Positions 1-8,355 of a stretch of DNA of 64,000 bases are shown here, in pieces. Each line of letters opens with the position of its first letter. The stretch's first letter is position 1. This stretch comes from an uncultured Pseudobdellovibrionaceae bacterium (lineage in GTDB: Bacteria > Bdellovibrionota > Bdellovibrionia > Bdellovibrionales > UBA1609): NCBI GenBank assembly GCA_964502735.1, contig CAZCYD010000003.1, positions 33,598 to 97,597 of the forward strand, given 5' to 3'. The translations under genes were made by a program, and so were the position numbers. The notes under the pieces were generated by a model. The model saw only the letters and a program-made list of their open reading frames with translations. It was not told the origin of the DNA and searched no databases.

Positions 1-994
1 CAGCTGAGCGTAATTTCTCTTGAATATAATCTTGTGTACCCTTGTCTTTTGTAGTCTTTTGCTCTTGTAGTAAATTTTTATACAAATTAGACACCCTCAA
101 CCTGGGTAAACCATCCTCATTCAAGGATACAACATACTCTTCACCAACTTTATAAACATACACATCTGGAGTTACGTAATGAGTATTATCCTGAGATAAG
201 AAGACCCTTCCCGGCTTGGGGTCCATGTTGAGTATAATGCTACACATTTCGACTACAACTTCAACGTCGAGATTCATGGCCTTAGCAATTGCAGGGTAGT
301 TTTTTTTCTCAAGATCTTTTAAATGATTATTAATTAACGCCACTAGATCATGGGTGTCTTCTTCATAATGTTTGGCTTGAATCAGTAGACACTCCTTTAA
401 GTTTCGCGCCCCAACCCCAGGAGGGTCAAACTCTTGAACAAAAGGAAGTATTTCTTCAAGTTCTTCGACCGTTACATCTTCTTCATCTGCAGCAATATCT
501 TCTAAACTCGTTTTTATCCACCCATCTTCATCTATATAGCTAACAAGTACGCGTGCAACATATTCTTCGTCTTCACTAAATCCATACAAACCGACCTGCC
601 ACTCGAGATGATCCTGTAGGGTTTTGGTTTCAGATATAACATTCTCATAGTTCATAATTTCGTCAGTGCCACCAGAACTATGAGATACAGGACGATTTTG
701 ATTTTCTACATAGTTTTCCCAATCAAACTCATCCTGCTTGCGAGGATCTGTTGTATCTGGAGCCGGAGGCTCTACAGATTGGATTTCGCCAGATGTCTGA
801 GCGTTATTTTTTGCAGCATCATCTTCCGTAGTCTCATGAAACTCTTCCAGGACGGGATTTTCATTTAACTCGGCTCGAACAGCGTCCTCCAACTCCACTC
901 TCGATAACTGTAAAAGCTTTATCGCCTGCTGCAACTGTGGAGTCATCCGCAATTGCTGAGAAAGCTTCATTGACATTTTTAAACCTTGTGCCAT
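1..994 (-). CDS. rpoN: RNA polymerase sigma-54 factor, N-terminal part; runs off the left edge
   Basis: Not in the ORF track; translated by hand from ATG at 994: MAQGLKMSMKLSQQLRMTPQLQQAIKLLQLSRVELEDAVRAELNENPVLEE, later FDPLGVGARNLKECLLIQ and TPDVYV. SD-like AAGGAGA upstream; follows lptB as in the canonical lptB-rpoN order. Confidence 0.96.
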   Translation of the reverse strand, partial: MAQGLKMSMKLSQQLRMTPQLQQAIKLLQLSRVELEDAVRAELNENPVLEEFHETTEDDAAKNNAQTSGEIQSVEPPAPDTTDPRKQDEFDWENYVENQNRPVSHSSGGTDEIMNYENVISETKTLQDHLEWQVGLYGFSEDEEYVARVLVSYIDEDGWIKTSLEDIAADEEDVTVEELEEILPFVQEFDPPGVGARNLKECLLIQAKHYEEDTHDLVALINNHLKDLEKKNYPAIAKAMNLDVEVVVEMCSIILNMDPKPGRVFLSQDNTHYVTPDVYVYKVGEEYVVSLNEDGLPRLRVSNLYKNLLQEQKTTKDKGTQDYIQEKLRSA

Positions 995-1008
995 CAGATC
1001 TCCTTGAT

Positions 1009-1731
1009 CTAAAGTCTAAAATTCTCACCTAAATAGAACTTCCTTGCAACATCTGAAGTCGCAATTTGATCAGACGTTCCTTCCACTTCAATATGGCCTT
1101 CTCTTAGTATATAGGCCTTATCGCAAATCCCCAAGGTTTCCCTAACATTATGGTCTGTAATTAGTATTCCTATACCCTGATCTCGTAACTCTCGAATAAT
1201 ACTCTGGATATCAGCAACTGCAATGGGATCTATGCCCGCAAAAGGTTCATCCAACAAAAGAAATTTTGGACTTCCAGCCAAAGATCTAGCTATTTCAACT
1301 CTCCTACGTTCTCCACCAGAGAGAGAATATCCATAGTTATCCAAAATATGGTGAATATTAAAATCTGAAGCCAACTTATCTAACTTCTCTTTCTTCTCAG
1401 CTCCAGATAAGCCCTGAGCCTCTAAAGCGACCCACAAATTTTCACGTACAGTCAGCTTTCTAAATATACTGGCTTCTTGAGGTAAGTAACTAAGGCCTAT
1501 GCGTGCACGCTGAAACATTGGAAGATGACTTATATCCTCACCATTTAAGATTATTGACCCACTATCTGGACTCAAAATTCCCACAACCATATAAAAGCTC
1601 GTCGTTTTTCCAGCGCCATTAGGTCCTAAGAGTCCAACAACCTGTCCACTCTCCATATCAAAAGAAACATCATCAACCACAGTTCTAAGCTTAAATTTTT
1701 TACTGATACGGCTTACAGCTAATTTGTCCAA
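1009..1731 (-). CDS. lptB: LPS export ABC transporter ATPase
   Basis: Walker A GPNGAGKTT, YLPQEASIFRKLTV, LSGGERRRVEIAR, LLDEPFAGIDP, LITDHNVRETL; TTG start. Confidence 0.97.
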   Translation of the reverse strand: MDKLAVSRISKKFKLRTVVDDVSFDMESGQVVGLLGPNGAGKTTSFYMVVGILSPDSGSIILNGEDISHLPMFQRARIGLSYLPQEASIFRKLTVRENLWVALEAQGLSGAEKKEKLDKLASDFNIHHILDNYGYSLSGGERRRVEIARSLAGSPKFLLLDEPFAGIDPIAVADIQSIIRELRDQGIGILITDHNVRETLGICDKAYILREGHIEVEGTSDQIATSDVARKFYLGENFRL

Positions 1732-1741
1732 TTTGAGTCCC

Positions 1742-2770
1742 TCAATTCAATGCTCCTGAAGTTTTTTCATCAAGTGTAGCCCGCGTTTTTTTTATTTTAA
1801 CTCTTTTTCCACCATTATAAAACACAATTTCTTCACCCCTTAGCTCATCACTATTTTGCACAACTCTGGGGTCCCCCCGGAAAATATATTCTTCTTTTAA
1901 AAATTCTACATTTACCGTTTCTGATGTGGCCCATTTATCAATATCACTGACCTTAGCCCCCCCTTGAACTAGAAGGGAACTCACTGCACTTAATTTTTCG
2001 TCATAATTAAAAACAGCGTCCGGACCTGTGAGTCGCATAGTTTCGTAGTCAATAACTACATTGTCCAAAAATCTAGCGTAGTTGGATTTTCCACTAAAGT
2101 GAGCTCTCTGACTCTTAATAAAGGCTCTCTTGCCGTTTGTCAGTGGTCTTTCAGCCTCTACATCATTTTTTATTTCTATAAAAGAGGTATTGAGATTGGC
2201 CTCCATAACTCTGCCTAATAAAGTCATCTGCTCGTCTTGAGCTTCTTTGGGTCCCAACATATTTATTTTTTCGGGGCTAAACAAACTTCGATCGTCTGAC
2301 TTGTATCTTACAGTCTCGGTATAAAACTCATAGCCATTTGAAGTCTTAGTCACGACATTCCCCATAATTTCCATGTTTTTAGATTTGGTATCTACAATCC
2401 CGCGATCCCCCCTAACATTGAAAACAACCCCTTTACTACCATAAAAAATGACTCTCACTTCTTCTAAGTCCCACGAGGATTTACGACGAAAAGTTTTAGC
2501 TTTGTCGGCCCAAAGTTCCCACTCTTTTTCATCTTTTTGGCTTTCTATAAGATGTATTCCAGTTAGTAATTGATCAACAGAGTCGTCAACCTCTTCATGA
2601 GTGCGAACAGTCGGTGGTGTATCCCCAGAAAACTCCAAAAGCTGCGGAGAAAATATGACCACTTCAACTATTATGGCAATAAATAGAAAAAATAATAAAA
2701 ATTGAGTTAGTTTTTTCACGTACCTTACTTTTTTAAATGATATTCCCGAGTTTTGCCACATAAATTCCAA
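1742..2770 (-). CDS. lptC: LPS export periplasmic protein, LptC-like N-terminal half plus OstA/LptA-like C-terminal half; true start may be GTG at 2719
   Basis: N-terminal TM segment (QFLLFFLFIAIIVEVVIF), beta-jellyroll-type text (WELWADKA, GNVVTKTSNGYEFYTE), C-terminal GDPRVVQNSDELRGEEIVF; sits directly upstream of lptB. Confidence 0.8.
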   Translation of the reverse strand: MEFMWQNSGISFKKVRYVKKLTQFLLFFLFIAIIVEVVIFSPQLLEFSGDTPPTVRTHEEVDDSVDQLLTGIHLIESQKDEKEWELWADKAKTFRRKSSWDLEEVRVIFYGSKGVVFNVRGDRGIVDTKSKNMEIMGNVVTKTSNGYEFYTETVRYKSDDRSLFSPEKINMLGPKEAQDEQMTLLGRVMEANLNTSFIEIKNDVEAERPLTNGKRAFIKSQRAHFSGKSNYARFLDNVVIDYETMRLTGPDAVFNYDEKLSAVSSLLVQGGAKVSDIDKWATSETVNVEFLKEEYIFRGDPRVVQNSDELRGEEIVFYNGGKRVKIKKTRATLDEKTSGALN

Positions 2771-2791
2771 ATGACAGTAGAGGAAGACAAA

Positions 2792-2819
2792 TAAAGTTTA
2801 CTCTGAAATATGCCGACAG
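2792..2819 (+). promoter_or_regulatory. sigma28 (FliA)-like promoter
   Basis: TAAA(2792-2795)-N16-GCCGACAG(2812-2819), 9 nt before the ATG at 2829. Confidence 0.5.
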
Positions 2820-2828
2820 GAGATTGTC

Positions 2829-3527
2829 ATGGCGAATTGGTTTACGTTTGAAAATGATACAGTTGAAGGCCCCTTTGAGACGGAAGTCTTGCTGGAAAAG
2901 GTCAATATGGGTTCTGTGGGACCCACCTGTCTAATTTGGGGCCCCCTACAAGAAGATTGGCGAAGTGCCAAATGGTGGCAAGAAAATCTTCAAGACCTAC
3001 TCAATTCCAAAAAACAACCTAAAAACGACAAACTCTGGCACTTTGTTATTAACAACACTTCACAAGGTCCAGTCAAACGAGCGGAGCTTATTGAGATTAT
3101 TAAATCTACCGAGGACAAATCTGATATTCTCGTCTGGACTAATGGCATGGCGGATTGGATGCCTTTGTTTTCAATTCCTGACCTCGCCAATGACTCAGGA
3201 GTTTCCAGAAGAAAACACCCTCGCTGCGACATCGATGGGCAAGTCATCATAAACTATAAGGATCAAAATTCAATCGGTCAGCTTTTGTCAATCAGCCCCG
3301 GAGGCTGTGGCCTCTTGACACCCATTGATTTTCCATTGGGAGAGGTCCTGCAGCTTACGATTAGGTCCAATAAACTAGCTAAAGAATTTAAATTGTCAGC
3401 CGAACTCAGGTATATTAGCCCTAGAGGACACGCGGGATTAATGTTTACGGCCATAAACTCTGAGGAAAAAGCGCTGATAGTCGACTACATCAGAGGTCAT
3501 GCTAATTCTCAACCAAAAGCCGCCTGA
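2829..3527 (+). CDS. Tandem GYF_2 (DUF4339-like) domains plus C-terminal PilZ domain
   Basis: Two W-[FH]...GP...W..G/L..W repeats (WFTFENDTVEGPF...LIWGPLQEDW; WHFVINNTSQGPV...LVWTNGMADW), then RKHPR (RxxxR) and SISPGG. Confidence 0.8.
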   Translation: MANWFTFENDTVEGPFETEVLLEKVNMGSVGPTCLIWGPLQEDWRSAKWWQENLQDLLNSKKQPKNDKLWHFVINNTSQGPVKRAELIEIIKSTEDKSDILVWTNGMADWMPLFSIPDLANDSGVSRRKHPRCDIDGQVIINYKDQNSIGQLLSISPGGCGLLTPIDFPLGEVLQLTIRSNKLAKEFKLSAELRYISPRGHAGLMFTAINSEEKALIVDYIRGHANSQPKAA

Positions 3528-4188
3528 GTTCATTTTCTATTTGCAAAAGACTCAAACCTTCCAAAATTTCGACGTTAAGTTCACCCTCATCAGGAATGTA
3601 CACTAAATTGTAAGTGATTTTATTTAGATCCACCCCTTGCTCTCTAAAAAACAAAATAGATTTCCTTAAGACATCTGGTGAACCCTTGTAGGCGGAAAAG
3701 CTATTTACAGCTAAACTTGTAACCACGCCATTATTTACCTCAATGAGTCCAGCCAAATAAACAGGCCTCCCCTTTCCTAGCTCTGAATGGCCCACAAGAC
3801 TTGGCTGCTTAGTAATTAAGAATCTCTTGTCATTGGTATACACGAACTGGCTGATCGCATCTAAAGTGATAGGTTTATGGGTTTTCAAGCTTACAAGCCG
3901 ACCTTTATAAAAATAGACCTCTTCGATCTCGTTGCTAAAATCCTGTTCGTTCAAAAACTCAAGACCTGATGTGCCTTGGTAAGACAACAACTCTCCCAAT
4001 AAAAAATCACATTTTGATGCTACTTTATGATGTGATCTATCTTTTTTTGCCTGAGATGGAATACACAACAAAACAACTAACCCCAAAGCCGCAATCGAAC
4101 TCCCAAATCTAAGTGAGTTTTTGATTCTTCGTTCAAAAAAACAGTGAGTTAAGACCATACCTACAACCTGTACACAAAATAATGTCAA
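3502..4188 (-). CDS. Putative secreted hypothetical protein; true start probably downstream of 4188
   Basis: Signal-like stretch IAALGLVVLLCIPSQA; C-terminal motif GHSELGKGRPVYLAG...NSFSAY. Confidence 0.55.
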   Translation of the reverse strand: MTLFCVQVVGMVLTHCFFERRIKNSLRFGSSIAALGLVVLLCIPSQAKKDRSHHKVASKCDFLLGELLSYQGTSGLEFLNEQDFSNEIEEVYFYKGRLVSLKTHKPITLDAISQFVYTNDKRFLITKQPSLVGHSELGKGRPVYLAGLIEVNNGVVTSLAVNSFSAYKGSPDVLRKSILFFREQGVDLNKITYNLVYIPDEGELNVEILEGLSLLQIENELRRLLVEN

Positions 4189-4278
4189 CTCACAAGAGAT
4201 ATGTCAATCCTAGCTTGAGAATGAAGCTTTTTCACGGAGGCTAACATAAAAAAAATGAATTAAAGATATAAATTCAAT

Positions 4279-4866
4279 TTACTGATTCGAAACTTCTTCG
4301 TCCTCGCGTTTGAGTACGGCAAAATTAATTTCTTTTACTCCAGCCTCTGTAACCGTATACATAACTTTTTTTACAGTAAGGAAATCTACAAGTTTATCAG
4401 CTTGTATGGTCATCTTGCGAAATTTGTCGAGTTCATCCAATTTGTCTCCAATTCGAGCCTCAACTACAGCTTGACGAATTTTCTTAGTGAGATCTTTTTT
4501 TTCTTCTTCTCCCTTTAAAATAAGATCCTCGACCCCTAATTTAAGTGTCTCCACAAGCCAGTCGGATTGTTCCTTAACTGACATGTAGGGGGCAATTAGT
4601 TTTTCATTAAGAAAAATACCCTCTTTAGATACAATCACAACATTTGATGGTTTTAGCTCCTTTACGGCTGCAGCCTCTGGAAGCTCAACCTTTTCTGGTA
4701 AGAATAAAATTTGATTTGTCGTTGCATAATTTTGCAATAAGAACACAGCCAGAACTGTAAACATGTCCACCATGGCAGTTAAAGACAAAACGGCTACAAC
4801 ACTTCTCTTTGTCGAACCTAAAGCTTTGTTGTGGCGATCCCTCTTTCCTGGAATGTGTATAGGCAT
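4279..4866 (-). CDS. aglS: ExbD/TolR-family stator subunit, AglS-like
   Basis: MPIHIPGKR...LSLTAMVDMFTVLAVFLL with the conserved TM Asp; C-terminal IQADK...VKKVMYT...INFAV. Confidence 0.8.
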   Translation of the reverse strand: MPIHIPGKRDRHNKALGSTKRSVVAVLSLTAMVDMFTVLAVFLLQNYATTNQILFLPEKVELPEAAAVKELKPSNVVIVSKEGIFLNEKLIAPYMSVKEQSDWLVETLKLGVEDLILKGEEEKKDLTKKIRQAVVEARIGDKLDELDKFRKMTIQADKLVDFLTVKKVMYTVTEAGVKEINFAVLKREDEEVSNQ

Positions 4867-5342
4867 TAGTCAACTCCCGATGTTGCTATAGAAATTTCTG
4901 GGAAACCAGAGGTCAATAGCGCATCCATACCATCAATTAAATTTACGTAGGCCAATTCATCATTCATTGTAACAATGGCATCAATCTTATCTGGGTAAAG
5001 AGCCTTTACTTTTTTTAACTCCACTCGCAATTTCTTTAAATCAAAATCCCCACCCAGCTTTGGCACATTTATGCTGTTTGCTCCTATGATAATCCTATGA
5101 CCTGAAGATAAAACATCCAACCGAAAAGGAATTTCCACTTTTGGAGGAGGCTCAGCACTTTGATCAGACGTTTTTTGCCCATACACAGAACTCCCAATTT
5201 GAATCATGGAAACTTGAGTCCAAACGGCAGTGATAAGCAAAAAGATAATCAACACACTCATCAAGTCAATAAAGGGGACTATATTGACGTCCACAGAAGT
5301 CTGTCGCTTACCCTTTCCTCCACTATCATCTATATGGGCCAT
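4866..5342 (-). CDS. ExbD/TolR-family stator subunit, AglQ/AglV-like
   Basis: VNIVPFIDLMSVLIIFLLITAVWTQ with the conserved TM Asp; lies between the TolQ-like and AglS-like genes. Confidence 0.85.
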   Translation of the reverse strand: MAHIDDSGGKGKRQTSVDVNIVPFIDLMSVLIIFLLITAVWTQVSMIQIGSSVYGQKTSDQSAEPPPKVEIPFRLDVLSSGHRIIIGANSINVPKLGGDFDLKKLRVELKKVKALYPDKIDAIVTMNDELAYVNLIDGMDALLTSGFPEISIATSGVD

Positions 5343-5356
5343 AAACTACCTCTTTC

Positions 5357-6037
5357 TCAGTATTTAATCTTATCTCTATTGGCAACAACAAGATTCATCA
5401 GATTCATACTGCTCTCTAGCATGTCGTTAATTGCACGACCAATTTTGATTTGGAAAAAACCAAATGCCACAATAGCCACAATGGCAACAAATAGACCAAA
5501 AGCCGTACAGTTAAGCGCCTCTGATATCCCTCGAGATAATAAGGCAGCCTTTGTTGCTTGATCAGCCTCTGCAATACCACCAAATGAAGTTATTAAACCT
5601 GCAATCGTACCCAGTAGACCTATTAAAACTCCAATATTACCAAATACCGCCAAAAATGAGGCCCACCCTTCAATCCTAGGTGTTTCTCTCAAAACTGAGG
5701 CGTCCATAGCCACTTGTACTTCTTCGTCTGGTCTCTTATTTAAGACTTGTATAAGCCCAGCTTTTAAAGTGTTAGTAAGAGGGGTTGGCTTGCTATCACA
5801 AAAGGCAATGGCTTGCTTAATATCTCCTCTTAAGATCATGCTAAATAAATTTTCATTTAGACTTACTTTATCTACTGTTAGGCTTCGCAGTGAAATCCAT
5901 CTTTCTATGATTAAAAAAACAGTAAAAAGACCCACCAGCGCAATGATGTACATCACTGGCCCGCCCTCACAAAATGCTTTGGCTATAAAATTACCATAAG
6001 CACTACAATCGTGTCCTATATCTAATGTTTGTTCCAA
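5357..6037 (-). CDS. aglR: MotA/TolQ/ExbB proton-channel protein, AglR-like
   Basis: GGPVMY TM1; FGNIGVLIGLLGTIAGLITSF; GISEALNCTAFGLFVAI. Confidence 0.88.
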   Translation of the reverse strand: MEQTLDIGHDCSAYGNFIAKAFCEGGPVMYIIALVGLFTVFLIIERWISLRSLTVDKVSLNENLFSMILRGDIKQAIAFCDSKPTPLTNTLKAGLIQVLNKRPDEEVQVAMDASVLRETPRIEGWASFLAVFGNIGVLIGLLGTIAGLITSFGGIAEADQATKAALLSRGISEALNCTAFGLFVAIVAIVAFGFFQIKIGRAINDMLESSMNLMNLVVANRDKIKY

Positions 6038-6052
6038 TGTCCCCTCCTATAA

Positions 6053-8023
6053 TTATTTTGCAGCAAATACAAATGGATAAGTTACGCGAGCTATTTGATC
6101 ATCTGGTGGCTCTGGAAACCTCCAACTTTTCAAGCGTGTAACCACACAAGTCGCTAGCTGGCTACTTCCGGTGCTATTACTGACTGCTTTCGCCTGCCTT
6201 ACCCTTCCTTTATCTTCTATGTCCCACTCAATCACTAATTTTCCAAATAGATCCGGCTGTTGGTTAAGCACTCTCTCGTAGCAGTTTCTAATTTGGCTAA
6301 TATTGTCCAAAATCACTCTTCTTATAGCTTCCTTATCAATCGAACCGACAAAGGCTTCTTCTTGGCCACCAATGTTAATCTGTACGCTTCCTTTTTTTCC
6401 AACAGAGCCCGATCCAAATCCAAAGTTACCAGCTCCTCTCCCATCAGTTATCGGGCCCGACACACCAATAGACTGCTTACCTGATCCACTACCAGGAGCC
6501 TCTTTTGTTCTAGCCCCTAAAGACTTGCCCGCTCTATCTTCATTGAAACCAGTTTTTCCCGTTGCCTGCTCAGCCATTCCTGTAAGTTCACCTGAGCCAG
6601 AATAAACTTGATTTAATTTTTCTTGTGTTCCGCCCTTACCAAAAACACTCAATATACCCGACTTCATTGGATCGGGCTTGTTGCTTTTGGCACTCGCTCC
6701 ACTTGCCCCAGTATTAACTGCTCCACCTTGTTTTTTCTGTTGAACTAGAGGTGTCTTTTTTTCCACCTTGGCTTCTGTTTTTTGAACACTCCCCGCTTTT
6801 CCCGTCTGTCCCACTTTTTTTGCTGCCGGTGGAGTTTTCTTTTCTAAGTCTTTAACTTCAACAACTTTTTTTTCAACCGGCTTTTTAGTTTCATCAGCAA
6901 CAACAACAATCTGTTTTGGCTTAGGGGGTTTAAATGTTACAACTGCTTTTCTCAGAGGCTCATCCGCTTTAGCCTCCAAGTCTTCAATTGGTTCTGGCGC
7001 ATAAACCATCATGTAGAGACTAAAAATGGAAGCCACAACAATGGCCAAAATAACTCCAGCAACTTCAGATGCCGTAAGATCAAAAAATGGAGCCAACGCT
7101 GGCTTTGGAGTTTCTGAAACATAGCGGATAGCCAAAGAGACCATGCCACCAGCCAACCGAACAACAACCATATCTCCTTGGGCCACATGAATAAGGAAAT
7201 TAGATCCTTTCACTTCCATCTGATTATTTCTGGCCATATCTTTAAAGCTTCTTGAACTTTGTGTGGAGTGAATGTATTCACCATCCATTTCACTTGTAAT
7301 TAACACGTGTGCCAATGAATCTATTTTCAAGAGCTTGTGTTTTTTTAAATTTGTTCCAAGAATAGGCACAACAATGTCGCAGCTGGAATCGCTGCCAATA
7401 TATACACTGCCCGACTTACTAAAGTGAGCCGTAGAGATAACTCTTTCGCCCCACGCAACTACAACTTCAATAATTGTACCTTTTTCGGGGCGAATTATTT
7501 GCTTAATATCACTAAACTCGCTTGAAGGAGCATAGGTGGTTTTATTTATCGGTTTGCCAATTTTATCTTTAGGCTTTTCGTTTGGAGAAAACTGTTGTGC
7601 AATTACAATATTTTTTTCTACACTCTTCGGTTCAGATGGCTCAACATCATCTTGCGTGGGCAAAGACTCTGTCTTTTCTGTCACTGGTGCGCTTTCATCT
7701 CTGACAAAATTTGATATCGGTTTTGGGATGCCAATAAAAAAATGTAAACTGTATTCACCAAGGCTAAATATTTGTCCCGTGCCAATTTCACTCTCTAATA
7801 TTTTTTCATTATTTACATAAACTCCCGTTTCTGACCCCAAGTCAGATACAAAATACTTATTTTCTCGTCTTTCAACAACTGCGTGAAGTAGCGAAATTAA
7901 ATTGTCATCAATGACAATCTGAGCTTCGGGACTTCTACCAATGACAACCTGATCACTGTCAAACTGCTTAACTTTGATGAGTTCATTATTTTTGTAAAGT
8001 TTTAAAACTACAATTTGGCTCAA
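6053..8023 (-). CDS. gltG: FHA + TM + TonB-C protein, GltG/PglI (AgmX-type C-terminus)
   Basis: N-terminal FHA (VIGRS...ISLLHA...DLGS), one TM helix, Gly/Lys-rich linker, C-terminal IRRVI...QIRNCYER...GKLVIEWDI...WRFPEP...VTYPFVF. Confidence 0.85.
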   Translation of the reverse strand: MSQIVVLKLYKNNELIKVKQFDSDQVVIGRSPEAQIVIDDNLISLLHAVVERRENKYFVSDLGSETGVYVNNEKILESEIGTGQIFSLGEYSLHFFIGIPKPISNFVRDESAPVTEKTESLPTQDDVEPSEPKSVEKNIVIAQQFSPNEKPKDKIGKPINKTTYAPSSEFSDIKQIIRPEKGTIIEVVVAWGERVISTAHFSKSGSVYIGSDSSCDIVVPILGTNLKKHKLLKIDSLAHVLITSEMDGEYIHSTQSSRSFKDMARNNQMEVKGSNFLIHVAQGDMVVVRLAGGMVSLAIRYVSETPKPALAPFFDLTASEVAGVILAIVVASIFSLYMMVYAPEPIEDLEAKADEPLRKAVVTFKPPKPKQIVVVADETKKPVEKKVVEVKDLEKKTPPAAKKVGQTGKAGSVQKTEAKVEKKTPLVQQKKQGGAVNTGASGASAKSNKPDPMKSGILSVFGKGGTQEKLNQVYSGSGELTGMAEQATGKTGFNEDRAGKSLGARTKEAPGSGSGKQSIGVSGPITDGRGAGNFGFGSGSVGKKGSVQINIGGQEEAFVGSIDKEAIRRVILDNISQIRNCYERVLNQQPDLFGKLVIEWDIEDKGRVRQAKAVSNSTGSSQLATCVVTRLKSWRFPEPPDDQIARVTYPFVFAAK

Positions 8024-8355
8024 TTTTCGCTCCCGACGGGTTGTATATCCTCAGCTGTTCTTCTCATTTCGGGTAAAAAGTTTTGTCTCAATTTTATTAA
8101 TCTTTTAAAGTTAAACTGTTTTTTTTGCAGTAAGTACATCAGTTCTGGTTTCTGAACCTGTCCTTCAACAAGCTCGTCTTCAAAATTAATAGATGTACGC
8201 TTTCGTTCTTTATCTTGAGCAAAGGACGTATTTGCAAAAAGCAGGAAAAAGGAAAAACACCATATTAGTAACGCTGCAGACAATTTGAAACAATGAAGAT
8301 TTTTATTCTCCAAATATCCATTTAAGATTATTAGTTTAACATTTCTAAATTGCAT
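8020..8355 (-). CDS. gltF: Small secreted GltF-like protein; true start downstream of 8355
   Basis: Signal peptide ending SFA-Q, motif TSINFEDELVEGQVQKPELMY; lies directly upstream of gltG as in gltD-E-F-G. Confidence 0.7.
   Translation of the reverse strand: MQFRNVKLIILNGYLENKNLHCFKLSAALLIWCFSFFLLFANTSFAQDKERKRTSINFEDELVEGQVQKPELMYLLQKKQFNFKRLIKLRQNFLPEMRRTAEDIQPVGSEN

Noticed and set aside
680-868. Plus-strand 62-aa ORF
   Set aside because: Antisense shadow of rpoN, which occupies 1-994 on the minus strand.
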